A stretch of 64,000 nt of DNA from Candidatus Egerieisoma sp. Lineage in GTDB: Bacteria > Bacteroidota > Bacteroidia > Bacteroidales > UBA932. The position numbers and the translations under genes are program-made. A model generated the notes under the pieces. The model had not been told where the DNA came from, searched no databases, and worked only from the letters and a program-made list of their open reading frames with translations. Within the stretch, counting starts at the first letter, position 1, and every line of letters begins with the position of its first letter. The stretch lies in the NCBI GenBank assembly GCA_045592425.1, contig JAZNUT010000018.1, forward strand, positions 5,108 to 69,107, read 5' to 3'. This document shows positions 27,622 to 37,370 of this stretch, in pieces.

Positions 27622-28641
27622 TTATTTTTTAATCTCTTTTGCCAATCTCTCAGTAAGCATTGGAACAATCTTGTTAACATCACCAACAATACCAAGATCT
27701 GCAACCTGGAAAATAGGAGCAAATTTATCTTTGTTGATAGCGATGATAAGCTCAGACTCCTCCATACCTGCCAAGTGCTGGATAGCACCAGAGATACCGC
27801 AAGCCAAGTATAGGTCTGGACGTACAGTTTTACCAGTCTGACCAACCTGTCTGTCATGATCCATGATACCTGCATCAACCATTGCACGTGAAGATGAAAC
27901 CTCACCACCAATAACCTCTGCAAGAGCAGCAAGTTTCTCAAAGTTCTCTTTGTTACCAACACCTCTACCACCTGATACAAGTACTTTAGCCTCAGTAATG
28001 TCAACAAGACCTTTCTCAGCTTTAACAGTCTCAAGTAGTTTAACGGCAAATTTAGATGAATCAAATGTAGCAGTGAAAGGAATGATATTACCAGTTCTGG
28101 TAGCATCTTTCTCTTTTTTCTGCATAACACCTGGACGTACTGTAGCCATCTGAACACCCTCTTTAGCTGCAACGATAGAAGCCATTAGGTTACCACCAAA
28201 TGCAGGACGGGTCATCATAAGTTTTCTTGCCTCCAATTTAGGATCTGAACCGTCTGAAATCTCAAGTTTAGTACAGTCAGCAGTAAGACCTTTCTCCAAT
28301 CTTGCAGAAAGTCTTGGAGCCAAGTCTCTACCAATTGTAGTGGCACCAAACAATACGATATCTGGGTTCATAGCTGTAATAACCTGATATACAGCCTGAG
28401 TATATTGCTCAGTTACATAATCTTTAAGCTCAGGAGCATCAACTACGATAACATCATCAGCACCGTAAGCTATCAACTCATTAGCCTGATCAGCAATGTT
28501 ATGGCCAGCGAAAATAGCAACTACTTTATCGCCCAAAACATCAGCCAAATCTCTTGCTTTGCCTATAAGCTCTAGAGCAACAGGTTGGATAACACCCTCT
28601 CTCTGCTCTGCGAATACAAAAACATTCTTATTATTACTCAT
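27622..28641 (-). CDS. etfA: electron transfer flavoprotein alpha subunit
   Basis: 339 aa with the FAD-binding C-domain motif PDLYLACGISGAIQHLAGM. Confidence 0.92.
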   Translation of the reverse strand: MSNNKNVFVFAEQREGVIQPVALELIGKARDLADVLGDKVVAIFAGHNIADQANELIAYGADDVIVVDAPELKDYVTEQYTQAVYQVITAMNPDIVLFGATTIGRDLAPRLSARLEKGLTADCTKLEISDGSDPKLEARKLMMTRPAFGGNLMASIVAAKEGVQMATVRPGVMQKKEKDATRTGNIIPFTATFDSSKFAVKLLETVKAEKGLVDITEAKVLVSGGRGVGNKENFEKLAALAEVIGGEVSSSRAMVDAGIMDHDRQVGQTGKTVRPDLYLACGISGAIQHLAGMEESELIIAINKDKFAPIFQVADLGIVGDVNKIVPMLTERLAKEIKK

Positions 28642-28661
28642 TTCTTCTAAAGTTTTGGCGA

Positions 28662-29441
28662 TTAAATGATAAATTTCTCTTTAAGTTTGCTTACGATCAA
28701 GCCAACTGCCTGCTCAGCATCAACCTCGTGAACCTCACCAGCAGCTTTAACACCTTTGGTGAATGATTTGTAAACTCTTGTACCAGAGCCTTTCAAACCA
28801 AGCATCTCAAGAGGAAGATTTACTTTATCCACACCCCAAACAGCTACTGGTTTGTCAAATGCGTCAACGATACCTGCAACGTTCATATAACGGGCTTTGA
28901 AACCGCTTGCAAGAGCAGTAAGAAGAACTGGGCCAGCAACCTCTAGCATCTGGTAACCCTCCTCAGTCTCTTTCTTAACCAAGAATTTGCCATCTTTATA
29001 CTCAAGACCTGCAACATATGAAACCTGTGGAAGGCCAAGGTGCTCAGCAATCTGAGGACCTACCTGAGCAGTATCACCGTCAATTGCCTGACGACCTGCA
29101 ATAATCAAGTCATACTCAAGGTTCTTAAGAGCTGCAGCAATAGTGTGTGATGTAGCCAAAGTATCAGCACCACCAAACTCTCTACCTGTTAGCAAAATAG
29201 CCTCGTCTGCACCCATAGCGTATGCCTCTCTTAGGATAGCATCTGCTTGAGGAGGACCCATTGTAATTACTGTTACGTGTGCACCATACTGGTCTTTCAA
29301 CTGTAGAGCCATCTCCAAGCCACCTTTATCATCAGGGTTCATAATGCTTGGAACGCCGTCACGGATAAGTGTACCTGTTACAGGGTTAATTTTAATTACT
29401 GTAGTATCAGGTACTTGTTTAATACAAACTACTATTTTCAT
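28662..29441 (-). CDS. etfB: electron transfer flavoprotein beta subunit
   Basis: MKIVVCIKQVPDT N-terminus; 259 aa. Confidence 0.92.
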   Translation of the reverse strand: MKIVVCIKQVPDTTVIKINPVTGTLIRDGVPSIMNPDDKGGLEMALQLKDQYGAHVTVITMGPPQADAILREAYAMGADEAILLTGREFGGADTLATSHTIAAALKNLEYDLIIAGRQAIDGDTAQVGPQIAEHLGLPQVSYVAGLEYKDGKFLVKKETEEGYQMLEVAGPVLLTALASGFKARYMNVAGIVDAFDKPVAVWGVDKVNLPLEMLGLKGSGTRVYKSFTKGVKAAGEVHEVDAEQAVGLIVSKLKEKFII

Positions 29442-29452
29442 ACTGTGTGATT

Positions 29453-30592
29453 TTACTTAAATAATTTTGCTGCAATTACCATTCTCTGAACCTCTGAAGT
29501 TCCCTCGTAGATCTCGGTGATCTTAGCGTCACGCATCATTCTCTCTACTGGATACTCTCTGGTGTAACCATAGCCACCGTGGAACTGAACTGCTTTAGTA
29601 GTTACCTCCATTGCAGTCTCAGCAGCGAACAATTTACCCATAGCTGCATCAGCTGAGAAAGGCATACCCATATCCTGTTTCCAAGCAGCCTGTCTAACCA
29701 ATAGACGAGCAGCCTGTACTTTAGTCTCAAGGTCAGCCATCTGGAACTGAGTATTCTGGAATGCAGAGATTGATCTGCCAAACTGTTTTCTCTCTTTAGT
29801 ATATTTAACAGTCTCATCCATAGCACCCTGAGCGATACCAAGAGCCTGTGAAGCGATACCGATACGGCCACCGTCCAAAGTTTTCATAGCAACTTTGAAG
29901 CCCTCACCCATTTTACCAAGCATATTAGCTTTAGGAACGCGGCAGTTCTCAAAAATTAGCTCGCAAGTAGCAGAACCTCTGATACCAAGTTTGTGCTCTT
30001 TTTTACCAATTGAGAAACCAGGAGTACCAGCCTCTACAATGAAAGTGGTGATACCTTTGTTTCCTTTTGATTTGTCAGTCATAGTAGCAACTACATATAC
30101 GTGAGCAGGACCAGCATTGGTAATGAAAATCTTGCTACCGTTTAGGATATAGTCGTCACCATCCTCTACAGCAGTTGTCTGCTGACCTGCAGCATCAGTA
30201 CCTGCATTAGGCTCAGTAAGACCGAAAGCACCAATCCACTCGCCACTTGCAAGTTTTGGAAGGTATTTCTGTTTCTGCTCCTCAGTACCGAACTCCCAAA
30301 TTGGAGACATACACAATGAAGTGTGAGCTGAAAGAATTACACCGGTAGTAGCACATACTCTAGAAAGCTCCTCTACAGCTATAGAATACATAATGTGGTC
30401 ACCACCAGCACCACCATAGTTTTTAGGAATGTAGATACCAAATAGACCTAGTTTAGCCATTTTCTCAACGGTCTCCATAGGGAATCTCTCAGTATCATCC
30501 ACCTCTGCAGCAAGAGGTTTTACCTCTTTCTCAGCAAACTCTCTAATCATTTGCTGGAACAATTGCTGTGTTTTAGTAAGTCCGAAATTCAT
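29453..30592 (-). CDS. bcd: butyryl-CoA dehydrogenase (acyl-CoA dehydrogenase, short-chain)
   Basis: 379 aa with ACAD motifs (GLTEPNAGTDA; QFHGGYGYTREYPVERMMRDAKITEIYEGTSEVQ), adjacent to etfBA. Confidence 0.9.
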   Translation of the reverse strand: MNFGLTKTQQLFQQMIREFAEKEVKPLAAEVDDTERFPMETVEKMAKLGLFGIYIPKNYGGAGGDHIMYSIAVEELSRVCATTGVILSAHTSLCMSPIWEFGTEEQKQKYLPKLASGEWIGAFGLTEPNAGTDAAGQQTTAVEDGDDYILNGSKIFITNAGPAHVYVVATMTDKSKGNKGITTFIVEAGTPGFSIGKKEHKLGIRGSATCELIFENCRVPKANMLGKMGEGFKVAMKTLDGGRIGIASQALGIAQGAMDETVKYTKERKQFGRSISAFQNTQFQMADLETKVQAARLLVRQAAWKQDMGMPFSADAAMGKLFAAETAMEVTTKAVQFHGGYGYTREYPVERMMRDAKITEIYEGTSEVQRMVIAAKLFK

Positions 30593-30603
30593 ACTTTAGT
30601 TAT

Positions 30604-31266
30604 TTAATTTAAGTTAACCTGTTTTAAGTTTTCAGAAATGATAAGTTTAGCCTCTGTAGCCTCCTGAACCTGCTCTACAGTAAACTCAGGATTAATCTCA
30701 GTAAGCATAATGCCATCTGGAGTAATCTCCATTACACCCATCTCGGTAATGATCATATTTACCTGACCTGCAGCTGTAAGCGGCAAACGGCATTTTTTAA
30801 GAATCTTATGATTGCCTTTAGCTGTGTGCTCCATTGTAAGGATAACCTTTTTAGCACCAACCAAAAGGTCCATAGCACCACCCATACCTGGGGTTTTCTT
30901 GCCAGGAATCATCCAGTTTGCCAAGTCTCCTTTCTCATCAACCTCAAGTGCACCAAGGAAAGTAACATTTACGTGACCACCTCTGATAACGCCAAAGCTT
31001 GTAGCAGAATCAAATGAAGCGGCTCCAGGCTGATATGTGATATATCCGCCACCGGCATTTACCCAATGCGGATCCTCTGTACCCTCAGCAGGAGTAGGTC
31101 CCATACCAAGCAAACCGTTCTCTGACTGCAATGTAACTCGAACACCCTCTGGAAGGTAGTTAGGGATAATGGTTGGCAAGCCAATACCCAAGTTCACTAC
31201 ATCACCGTCTTTAATCTCTAGAGCTGCCCTTTTGGCAATAAATTCTCTAATTTGATTTTTGTCCAT
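30604..31266 (-). CDS. atoA: 3-oxoacid/acetoacetate CoA-transferase subunit B
   Basis: 220 aa with the motif SENGLLGMGP containing the catalytic Glu context of family I CoA-transferase beta subunits. Confidence 0.88.
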   Translation of the reverse strand: MDKNQIREFIAKRAALEIKDGDVVNLGIGLPTIIPNYLPEGVRVTLQSENGLLGMGPTPAEGTEDPHWVNAGGGYITYQPGAASFDSATSFGVIRGGHVNVTFLGALEVDEKGDLANWMIPGKKTPGMGGAMDLLVGAKKVILTMEHTAKGNHKILKKCRLPLTAAGQVNMIITEMGVMEITPDGIMLTEINPEFTVEQVQEATEAKLIISENLKQVNLN

Positions 31267-31285
31267 AATGTATATAAGTTAAGTT

Positions 31286-32071
31286 TTATTTGTTTCTCTT
31301 GACAAACTCCTGAGCTACAAATGATGCAACATCATCTGCATAAGTGTTTGCGCCAAAACCTGCATCATAGCCAAGCTCTTTTGCAAGCTCATGGCTAATT
31401 CTCGGACCACCGCAAACAACAATCATCTTGTCTCTCAAGCCCTCTGCCTCCATAAGCTCAATCAGCTCAGTAAGGTTCTGGATATGAACATCCTTCTGGG
31501 TAACAGTCTGTGAAACAAGGATAGCATCCGCTTTAAGTTCAATTGCTTTTGCAAGGAACTCCTCATTTGGAACCTGGCTACCAAGGTTATAAGCCTCCAC
31601 CATGTCATATCTCTCAAGACCGTAGTGACCTGCATAACCTTTCATGTTCATAATAGCATCAATACCTACTGTATGGGCATCTGTACCTGTAGAAGCACCA
31701 ACAAGAACAAGTTTTCTGCCAATATTCTCCTTGATGTACTCATCGCACTCATGCATATCCATTGTGTTGCTCTCTACTTTTGGAACATAGATATTTGAGT
31801 AATCTACTGTGTGGGTAAGGTTACCATAGCAGTTGAAGAATGTAAAGCCCTCAGTAAGCTCTTTTGAGAACGCAACAAGAGGGTTCTCAAAACCCATTTT
31901 CTTCATTAGCAATTTAGCAGCCTCCTCAGCCTCAGCACCGTTTGGAACTGGCAATGTAAAGCTCACCTGAACTTTACCGTCGTTCATTGTATCACCGTAT
32001 GGTTTTACTTTTGTTAGATCAAGAGTCTGGTCAAAATCTTTTGCCGACATTGAATATAGTCCACCAGCCAT
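31286..32071 (-). CDS. kamE: beta-lysine (D-lysine) 5,6-aminomutase beta subunit, B12-binding
   Basis: B12-binding DxHxxG motif (TDAHTVG) in a Rossmann-like domain, preceded by the typical N-terminal PLP-binding region. It starts 2 nt after the kamD stop. Confidence 0.85.
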   Translation of the reverse strand: MAGGLYSMSAKDFDQTLDLTKVKPYGDTMNDGKVQVSFTLPVPNGAEAEEAAKLLMKKMGFENPLVAFSKELTEGFTFFNCYGNLTHTVDYSNIYVPKVESNTMDMHECDEYIKENIGRKLVLVGASTGTDAHTVGIDAIMNMKGYAGHYGLERYDMVEAYNLGSQVPNEEFLAKAIELKADAILVSQTVTQKDVHIQNLTELIELMEAEGLRDKMIVVCGGPRISHELAKELGYDAGFGANTYADDVASFVAQEFVKRNK

Positions 32072-32073
32072 AA

Positions 32074-33627
32074 TTATTTTCTCCCTTTCATTAAGTTAAT
32101 AAATGGATTCATATAGTTGGCACCCTTCTCAACAACGCCATCCAAACCTTTACCACCAACTCTGCTTCTCTTAACATCACCAAAGATACCTTTCTCCAAT
32201 GCGTTGAACAATCCCTCTGAAGTCATCTGCTCCAAAAGTGCAATTGCATTGTCAAGAACCTCTTTAGCTCTGTTTCTAATAATACCGCCCTCTTTAAACT
32301 CCATCTCGTCACCAATGCTCTTCATGTTGTTGAAGATATATTTGGCATTCTCAATTGACAAGAAACGGTCACTCATGAATGGAGTATGGATAGCCTCAGT
32401 AGGCATACCAAGAAGCTGAAGACCCTGGTTTGTCCAGATACCAATCATGTTGAACAAAGCATCCTGCAAATGACCTCTAAAGATATTACCGGTCATGAAT
32501 TTTGTAGGAGGCATATATTTAAGCGGTGCTTTAGGGAAGATTTCTCTTGCCATCTGAGCCTGTGCAAGCTCAAACAAGAAACCGTTCTCCAACATAGGAT
32601 CCATCTCAAATGCGTGGCCAAGACCCATCTGCTCCTCTGGAAGACCTGCCAATAGAGCCAACTGCTCGTTGATAAGGTCAGAAGCCAAAACTGTGTGTGC
32701 AGCCTCTACAGCATCTGCAGTTGTAAGGTAGTTATCCTCACCTGTATTGATGATTACACCTGCAAAACCGTTGATAACTCTACTCATGAACTGGTCAATA
32801 AGAGTTCTCTGCATATTGATATCGCGGAACAAGATACCGTAAAGAGCGTCATTCAACATAACGTCAAGCCCCTCAAACGCACCCATAATGGCAATCTCAG
32901 GCATACACAAACCAGAACAGTAGTTACATACTCTGATATATCTTCCAAGCTCCTCACCAACTTTATCCATAGCCTCACGCATGATCTTGAAGTTGGCCTG
33001 AGTAGCATAAGTACCACCGAATCCCTCTGTTGTAACACCGTAAGGAACATAGTCCAACAAGCTCTGTCCTGTAGTTCTGATAACCGCAATAATATCAGCA
33101 CCCTGTCTTGCAGCAGCCTCAGCCTGAACAACATCCTCATAAATGTTACCTGTAGCAACAATTACATACAAGTAAGGTTTTGGACCCTCACCAATTGTAT
33201 TAAGGTAATTCTCTCTGCGCTCTCTTCTTGCTCTGATTTTAGCAATGCTGCTGTCAATAACCGGTTGAAGAACCGCCTCAATGGCAGCTTTGTCAGCAAC
33301 CTCAATCTTAGTAAGATCCAAAGCACCTGTTGCAACTTTCTCAGCAACCTCCTGTGGAGTAAGGCCTGTGCTTACCATAGCATTTGCTATATAGAACAGA
33401 ACACCCTCACCAAGGACACCTTTAGATTTAAGGTCATCAACTACAACGTTTGGAAGCGGAACCTGATTCTCATCAACTCCGTCAATTCCCATAAGTCTGC
33501 ACAATGTACGCTCAACAGCTACAGTTGTCTTAGACTCAACAAAGGCCTGAACCTCATTGGCAATCTCCTTTGCCAACGACTTTGCGTGCTCAACCTTTTT
33601 AAAATCCAATCCTAATTTACTCTGCAT
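32074..33627 (-). CDS. kamD: beta-lysine (D-lysine) 5,6-aminomutase alpha subunit
   Basis: 517-aa TIM-barrel subunit, immediately upstream of kamE in a lysine fermentation gene context. Confidence 0.85.
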   Translation of the reverse strand: MQSKLGLDFKKVEHAKSLAKEIANEVQAFVESKTTVAVERTLCRLMGIDGVDENQVPLPNVVVDDLKSKGVLGEGVLFYIANAMVSTGLTPQEVAEKVATGALDLTKIEVADKAAIEAVLQPVIDSSIAKIRARRERRENYLNTIGEGPKPYLYVIVATGNIYEDVVQAEAAARQGADIIAVIRTTGQSLLDYVPYGVTTEGFGGTYATQANFKIMREAMDKVGEELGRYIRVCNYCSGLCMPEIAIMGAFEGLDVMLNDALYGILFRDINMQRTLIDQFMSRVINGFAGVIINTGEDNYLTTADAVEAAHTVLASDLINEQLALLAGLPEEQMGLGHAFEMDPMLENGFLFELAQAQMAREIFPKAPLKYMPPTKFMTGNIFRGHLQDALFNMIGIWTNQGLQLLGMPTEAIHTPFMSDRFLSIENAKYIFNNMKSIGDEMEFKEGGIIRNRAKEVLDNAIALLEQMTSEGLFNALEKGIFGDVKRSRVGGKGLDGVVEKGANYMNPFINLMKGRK

Positions 33628-33638
33628 ATAATTGTATG

Positions 33639-34985
33639 TTAGTTATTTAAGTTTTTCTTAGTAAATTCAATCCACTGCGGATCAATACCAAGGCTCTCTG
33701 CAATTGCAACGGCCTCATGCGGCACATCCCCACAATGGGTAACCTCAAGGGTATAATCCATCGCACCATTCCTCAAACCACGCACTCTATACCTCTTAAC
33801 CTTGTCATTGAGAATATTGTAATGGGTTGTGAGTACAAAACCACCCTTAACATCCCCAACAACCTCTAACAACCCTTCAACCAAAGCAGTACCCTCCACA
33901 GGGTTTGTAGTTCTTGCCGGCTCATCTACAAGGGCAAGGATACACTTACCTTCCCTTATCTTCCCGATAACTTTATTTATTGCAAGAATTTCACCTGCAA
34001 AAGATGAAACCCCCTTAACAATACTCTGCTCATCCCCAATACAGAGAATCACCTCCCCGACAAGGCTCACGCAACAGTCATGCGCAGCCACACCAAAACC
34101 GAACTGGGCCAACAACTGGTTCAATGCCAAACATTTGAGTACAACACTCTTTCCTCCCATATTGGCACCTATAATAGTAACAGGCTCCCCCTCATAACAT
34201 ATGTCAACCGGCATGTACTCCCTACCCTGCTCCTGAAGCATCTGTTTTACCGCCGGATTGAACATTCCATTATAAAAAGTCTCACCCTCCTCCACTATCA
34301 CAGGGAAACACAATCCCAATTTCTTCATCTGGGCAGCCTTTGCAATAAGAATATCCAAAACCGAAAGATTTCTCAATGCAAATGACAAATCATCTGCAAA
34401 CGCCTCCAATTCTTTGCAAAGCTCTCCCCTTATCTCAAGTTCCAAATCAGCATTTTTCTGCAACAGAACTGCCAACTCCGCCCTTTTATCATCGGGAAGC
34501 TCCTCCCCATTACCCTGCAAATCCCTCATCTGTTTCCTGATCTGTCTCAATTCATCCGAATAAGAGTCATACACATAGAATGAAGGGATATTCAGAGAGT
34601 CCGGGTCCAGAATCTCCACAACCTTTCCAAGCTCCGGCAATCCCACTGCAATAATCCTCTGCTCATCAAGCAACTTCTTTATCTCTCCTGATACAATTGC
34701 CAGATATTTAACCTCAAAGAGCTCTATATCGTCCAAAACAGCACCAGAGGACAATCTCTCCAAAGTTGCCTGTATATCTTTAATACACATCAACTTATGT
34801 GCAATCTTGGTACAATCCTTATCATAAATCTCATTCAGTCTGCGGTAATAGAAATCCAGCTCCCTCTTTGTCTGCATCATCTCCCCCTGCAAAAGCATTT
34901 TTCTGCCGCAAGGAGACATGATATCCAAAGTATCATACATGTACCTTAAACCACAATCTATATCAAGTGCAGACTTAAATGTCAT
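33639..34985 (-). CDS. MutS-related ATPase (core/clamp plus domain V only; no mismatch-binding or Smr domain)
   Basis: Walker A IGANMGGKSV, Walker B LALVDEPARTTN, and the TTHY motif. At 448 aa it is too short for MutS1/MutS2. It overlaps the upstream gene by 11 nt. Confidence 0.75.
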   Translation of the reverse strand: MTFKSALDIDCGLRYMYDTLDIMSPCGRKMLLQGEMMQTKRELDFYYRRLNEIYDKDCTKIAHKLMCIKDIQATLERLSSGAVLDDIELFEVKYLAIVSGEIKKLLDEQRIIAVGLPELGKVVEILDPDSLNIPSFYVYDSYSDELRQIRKQMRDLQGNGEELPDDKRAELAVLLQKNADLELEIRGELCKELEAFADDLSFALRNLSVLDILIAKAAQMKKLGLCFPVIVEEGETFYNGMFNPAVKQMLQEQGREYMPVDICYEGEPVTIIGANMGGKSVVLKCLALNQLLAQFGFGVAAHDCCVSLVGEVILCIGDEQSIVKGVSSFAGEILAINKVIGKIREGKCILALVDEPARTTNPVEGTALVEGLLEVVGDVKGGFVLTTHYNILNDKVKRYRVRGLRNGAMDYTLEVTHCGDVPHEAVAIAESLGIDPQWIEFTKKNLNN

Positions 34986-35994
34986 ATTTATTCTTAACTA
35001 TATCATAAACCGGAAGCCCTAAAGCATCCTGTAATTTTTCACACAAAATATCACTGTCCAAAACATATCCGTTTGGAGCAGTAGGGTTCACACAAACTGC
35101 AACCAACTTGCTCTTTTGCAAAACCTTAATTTTACCACCCCTCGCACAAAAGATTCTGTAAGCTTGCTCACTCACAAAAATCTTTGTAAAATCCTTCACC
35201 ACTAGGGTAACCTCCTTGACATTCTTTGAATCTGCCACCAGATTCAAAAGTTTGTCGGTAAGTGCACCCACTGTAAAAACCAACTTCATACCATCTGTAA
35301 TATCACCCTTTAAAGAACTGATAGCCAATGCAGAAGTGATTTTAAAATCAATAATGTTCCCCTCATGGTCAACCCCCCATACACCACTCTCAATATCGCA
35401 AAGTGCATCCCTGCTTCCGTCCTCCAACTTTGGAAGTCCAATCATCTCCACCACAAACTTTGTCTTCTGAACCAAAGTATTGATATTTGACGAAAAAGCA
35501 GCTCCTGTAGAAAGTACCATAGCCTTGCTTATGGCCGGAGAGGCAGAGCTCAATCTTGAGATTGCCCCGTCAATAATGGTAAGATCAATCCCAAATTTCT
35601 CCATCCCAGCAACCCATCTTCTCAATGATACTCCCGATGAAGGCCCTGAGATCAACGCCTTCCCCCCTACAGAGACCTTTGCTGTAAGAATCCTTCCCAA
35701 AGAACTTCTCTCATTTGTAATCTCAACAAGCTCACTTACAAGCCTTCTCTCCTTATAATGAGCCTCTGCTGTTGAGAAATACATCCCCTCCCTCAAAAAT
35801 ATCTCAGGTTTCTTGGTAGCTGTAACCTGATCCTTATTCTCTCCATCTATACCTATAGAGGTTACCGCTACCCGCTTTTCATGTAGCGGTAACCTGTACA
35901 GGATATAATTCAAACACTCTGTCTTGCCCACATTCTTTTCCAATCCTACAATAGACAAACTGTCATATTTCAGTATCTCATTAATGAAAGGCAT
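34975..35994 (-). CDS. uncharacterised protein with BioD/CobQ-type P-loop, conserved partner of the MutS-like gene
   Basis: N-terminal SIVGLEKNVGKTE has the same spacing as the dethiobiotin-synthetase/CobB-type GxxxxxGKT loop. The rest has no motif I recognise. Confidence 0.5.
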   Translation of the reverse strand: MPFINEILKYDSLSIVGLEKNVGKTECLNYILYRLPLHEKRVAVTSIGIDGENKDQVTATKKPEIFLREGMYFSTAEAHYKERRLVSELVEITNERSSLGRILTAKVSVGGKALISGPSSGVSLRRWVAGMEKFGIDLTIIDGAISRLSSASPAISKAMVLSTGAAFSSNINTLVQKTKFVVEMIGLPKLEDGSRDALCDIESGVWGVDHEGNIIDFKITSALAISSLKGDITDGMKLVFTVGALTDKLLNLVADSKNVKEVTLVVKDFTKIFVSEQAYRIFCARGGKIKVLQKSKLVAVCVNPTAPNGYVLDSDILCEKLQDALGLPVYDIVKNKYDI

Positions 35995-36011
35995 AGACAG
36001 GAGTATTAATA

Positions 36012-37259
36012 CTATTTCTTAGATCTCTCTTTTCTGCTGAGTACAGAAGGCTCAATAGCCATTCCTTTACCCTCAAGCAATGAAGATACACCCTCAATAG
36101 ATTTGTTCTGAGCAGCTTTGCAGTACTCGCAGTTGCACTCGTTCTTATAATCTGTAGGCTCTGTATAAGTGGTGATAACACCCTCAAAGTTTCTAAGAAC
36201 AACTTTACCAGGAGCCTGTGAAATAACATACTGAGGCATAACAGGAGTTTTTCCACCACCACCTGGAGCATCAACTACAAATGTAGGAACTGCATAACCT
36301 GAAGTATGGCCTCTCAAGCCCTCAATAATCTCAATACCTTTAGATACTGGAGTTCTGAAGTGCTCAATACCCATAGAAAGGTCACACTGGTAGATGTAGT
36401 AAGGTCTTACACGCATCTTAACCAACTCATGCATAAGTTTCTTCATAGTGTTTACACAGTCGTTCACACCACGTAGAAGCACTGTCTGGTTACCCAATGG
36501 AATACCTGCGTTAGCCAATTTTGCACAAGCCTCAGCAGCCTCTTTGGTAACCTCCTGTGGATGGTTGAAGTGAGTGTTCAACCATACTGGATGATACTTC
36601 TTAAGCATATTTACAAGGTCATCAGTAATACGCTGAGGACAAACTACAGGAGTTCTTGAACCAAGTCTGATAATCTCTACGTGAGGGATAGCTCTAACTC
36701 TTGAAATGATATACTCCAATCTCTCGTCGCTTACGCACAAAGAGTCACCACCTGAAAGAAGCACGTCTCTAACCTGTGGAGTTTTAGCAATATACTCAAT
36801 AGCCTTGTCAATTCTGTCAATAGCGCTCTCACCATCTTTCTGGCCTGCAAAACGTCTTCTTGTACAGTGACGGCAGTACATTGAGCACATATCAGTGATA
36901 AGAAGAAGAACACGGTCAGGATATCTGTGAGTCAAACCAGGAACTGGAGAATCCTCATCCTCATGTAGAGGGTCAAGAAGGTCTGCAGGAGACTGGTAAG
37001 TCTCTTTTCCTGTAGGTACAGCCTGTTTTCTAACAGGGCAGTTAGGATTATTAGGGTCAATCAAGCTTATATAATAAGGAGTGATTGCCATTCTAAGAGT
37101 CTGAAGGGTCTTTTTAACACCCTCTTCCTCCTCTGGAGTAAGAGATACATATTTTTTAAGATCCTCAAGAGTCTCAATTCTATTTTTTACCTGCCATTTC
37201 CAATCGTTCCACTGCTCGTCGGTAACATTAGGGAACAGCTCATAACGTCTAGATTCCAT
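36012..37259 (-). CDS. kamA: L-lysine 2,3-aminomutase (radical SAM, PLP)
   Basis: CSMYCRHCTRR radical-SAM motif with the KamA-type N-terminus (WNDWKWQVKNRI) and C-terminus. Confidence 0.93.
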   Translation of the reverse strand: MESRRYELFPNVTDEQWNDWKWQVKNRIETLEDLKKYVSLTPEEEEGVKKTLQTLRMAITPYYISLIDPNNPNCPVRKQAVPTGKETYQSPADLLDPLHEDEDSPVPGLTHRYPDRVLLLITDMCSMYCRHCTRRRFAGQKDGESAIDRIDKAIEYIAKTPQVRDVLLSGGDSLCVSDERLEYIISRVRAIPHVEIIRLGSRTPVVCPQRITDDLVNMLKKYHPVWLNTHFNHPQEVTKEAAEACAKLANAGIPLGNQTVLLRGVNDCVNTMKKLMHELVKMRVRPYYIYQCDLSMGIEHFRTPVSKGIEIIEGLRGHTSGYAVPTFVVDAPGGGGKTPVMPQYVISQAPGKVVLRNFEGVITTYTEPTDYKNECNCEYCKAAQNKSIEGVSSLLEGKGMAIEPSVLSRKERSKK

Positions 37260-37303
37260 AGTCTTTTTATTATATTATAAGGTATATGTATTTTACGTCA
37301 GCA

Positions 37304-37347
37304 AGTTTTAAAACCAACGGAGCCTGTTTTCCGCCGGTTTTAAAACT
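37304..37347 (-). promoter_or_regulatory. intra-operon hairpin between kdd and kamA
   Basis: Perfect 12-bp inverted repeat AGTTTTAAAACC / GGTTTTAAAACT with a 20-nt spacer, extendable to ~17 bp with 2 mismatches. No U-tract follows in the sense orientation. Confidence 0.5.
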
Positions 37348-37370
37348 TTCAGACTGTGCATATATCAAAA

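Noticed and set aside
32695-33615. 306-aa ORF on the plus strand
   Set aside because: It is antisense to kamD, Ser/Cys/Asn-rich, and has no motifs. It is a shadow ORF of a well-supported gene.
33639-34985. Annotation as the DNA mismatch repair protein MutS
   Set aside because: It lacks the N-terminal mismatch-binding and connector domains and any Smr or endonuclease domain. It is 448 aa rather than ~850 aa and sits inside a metabolic operon.
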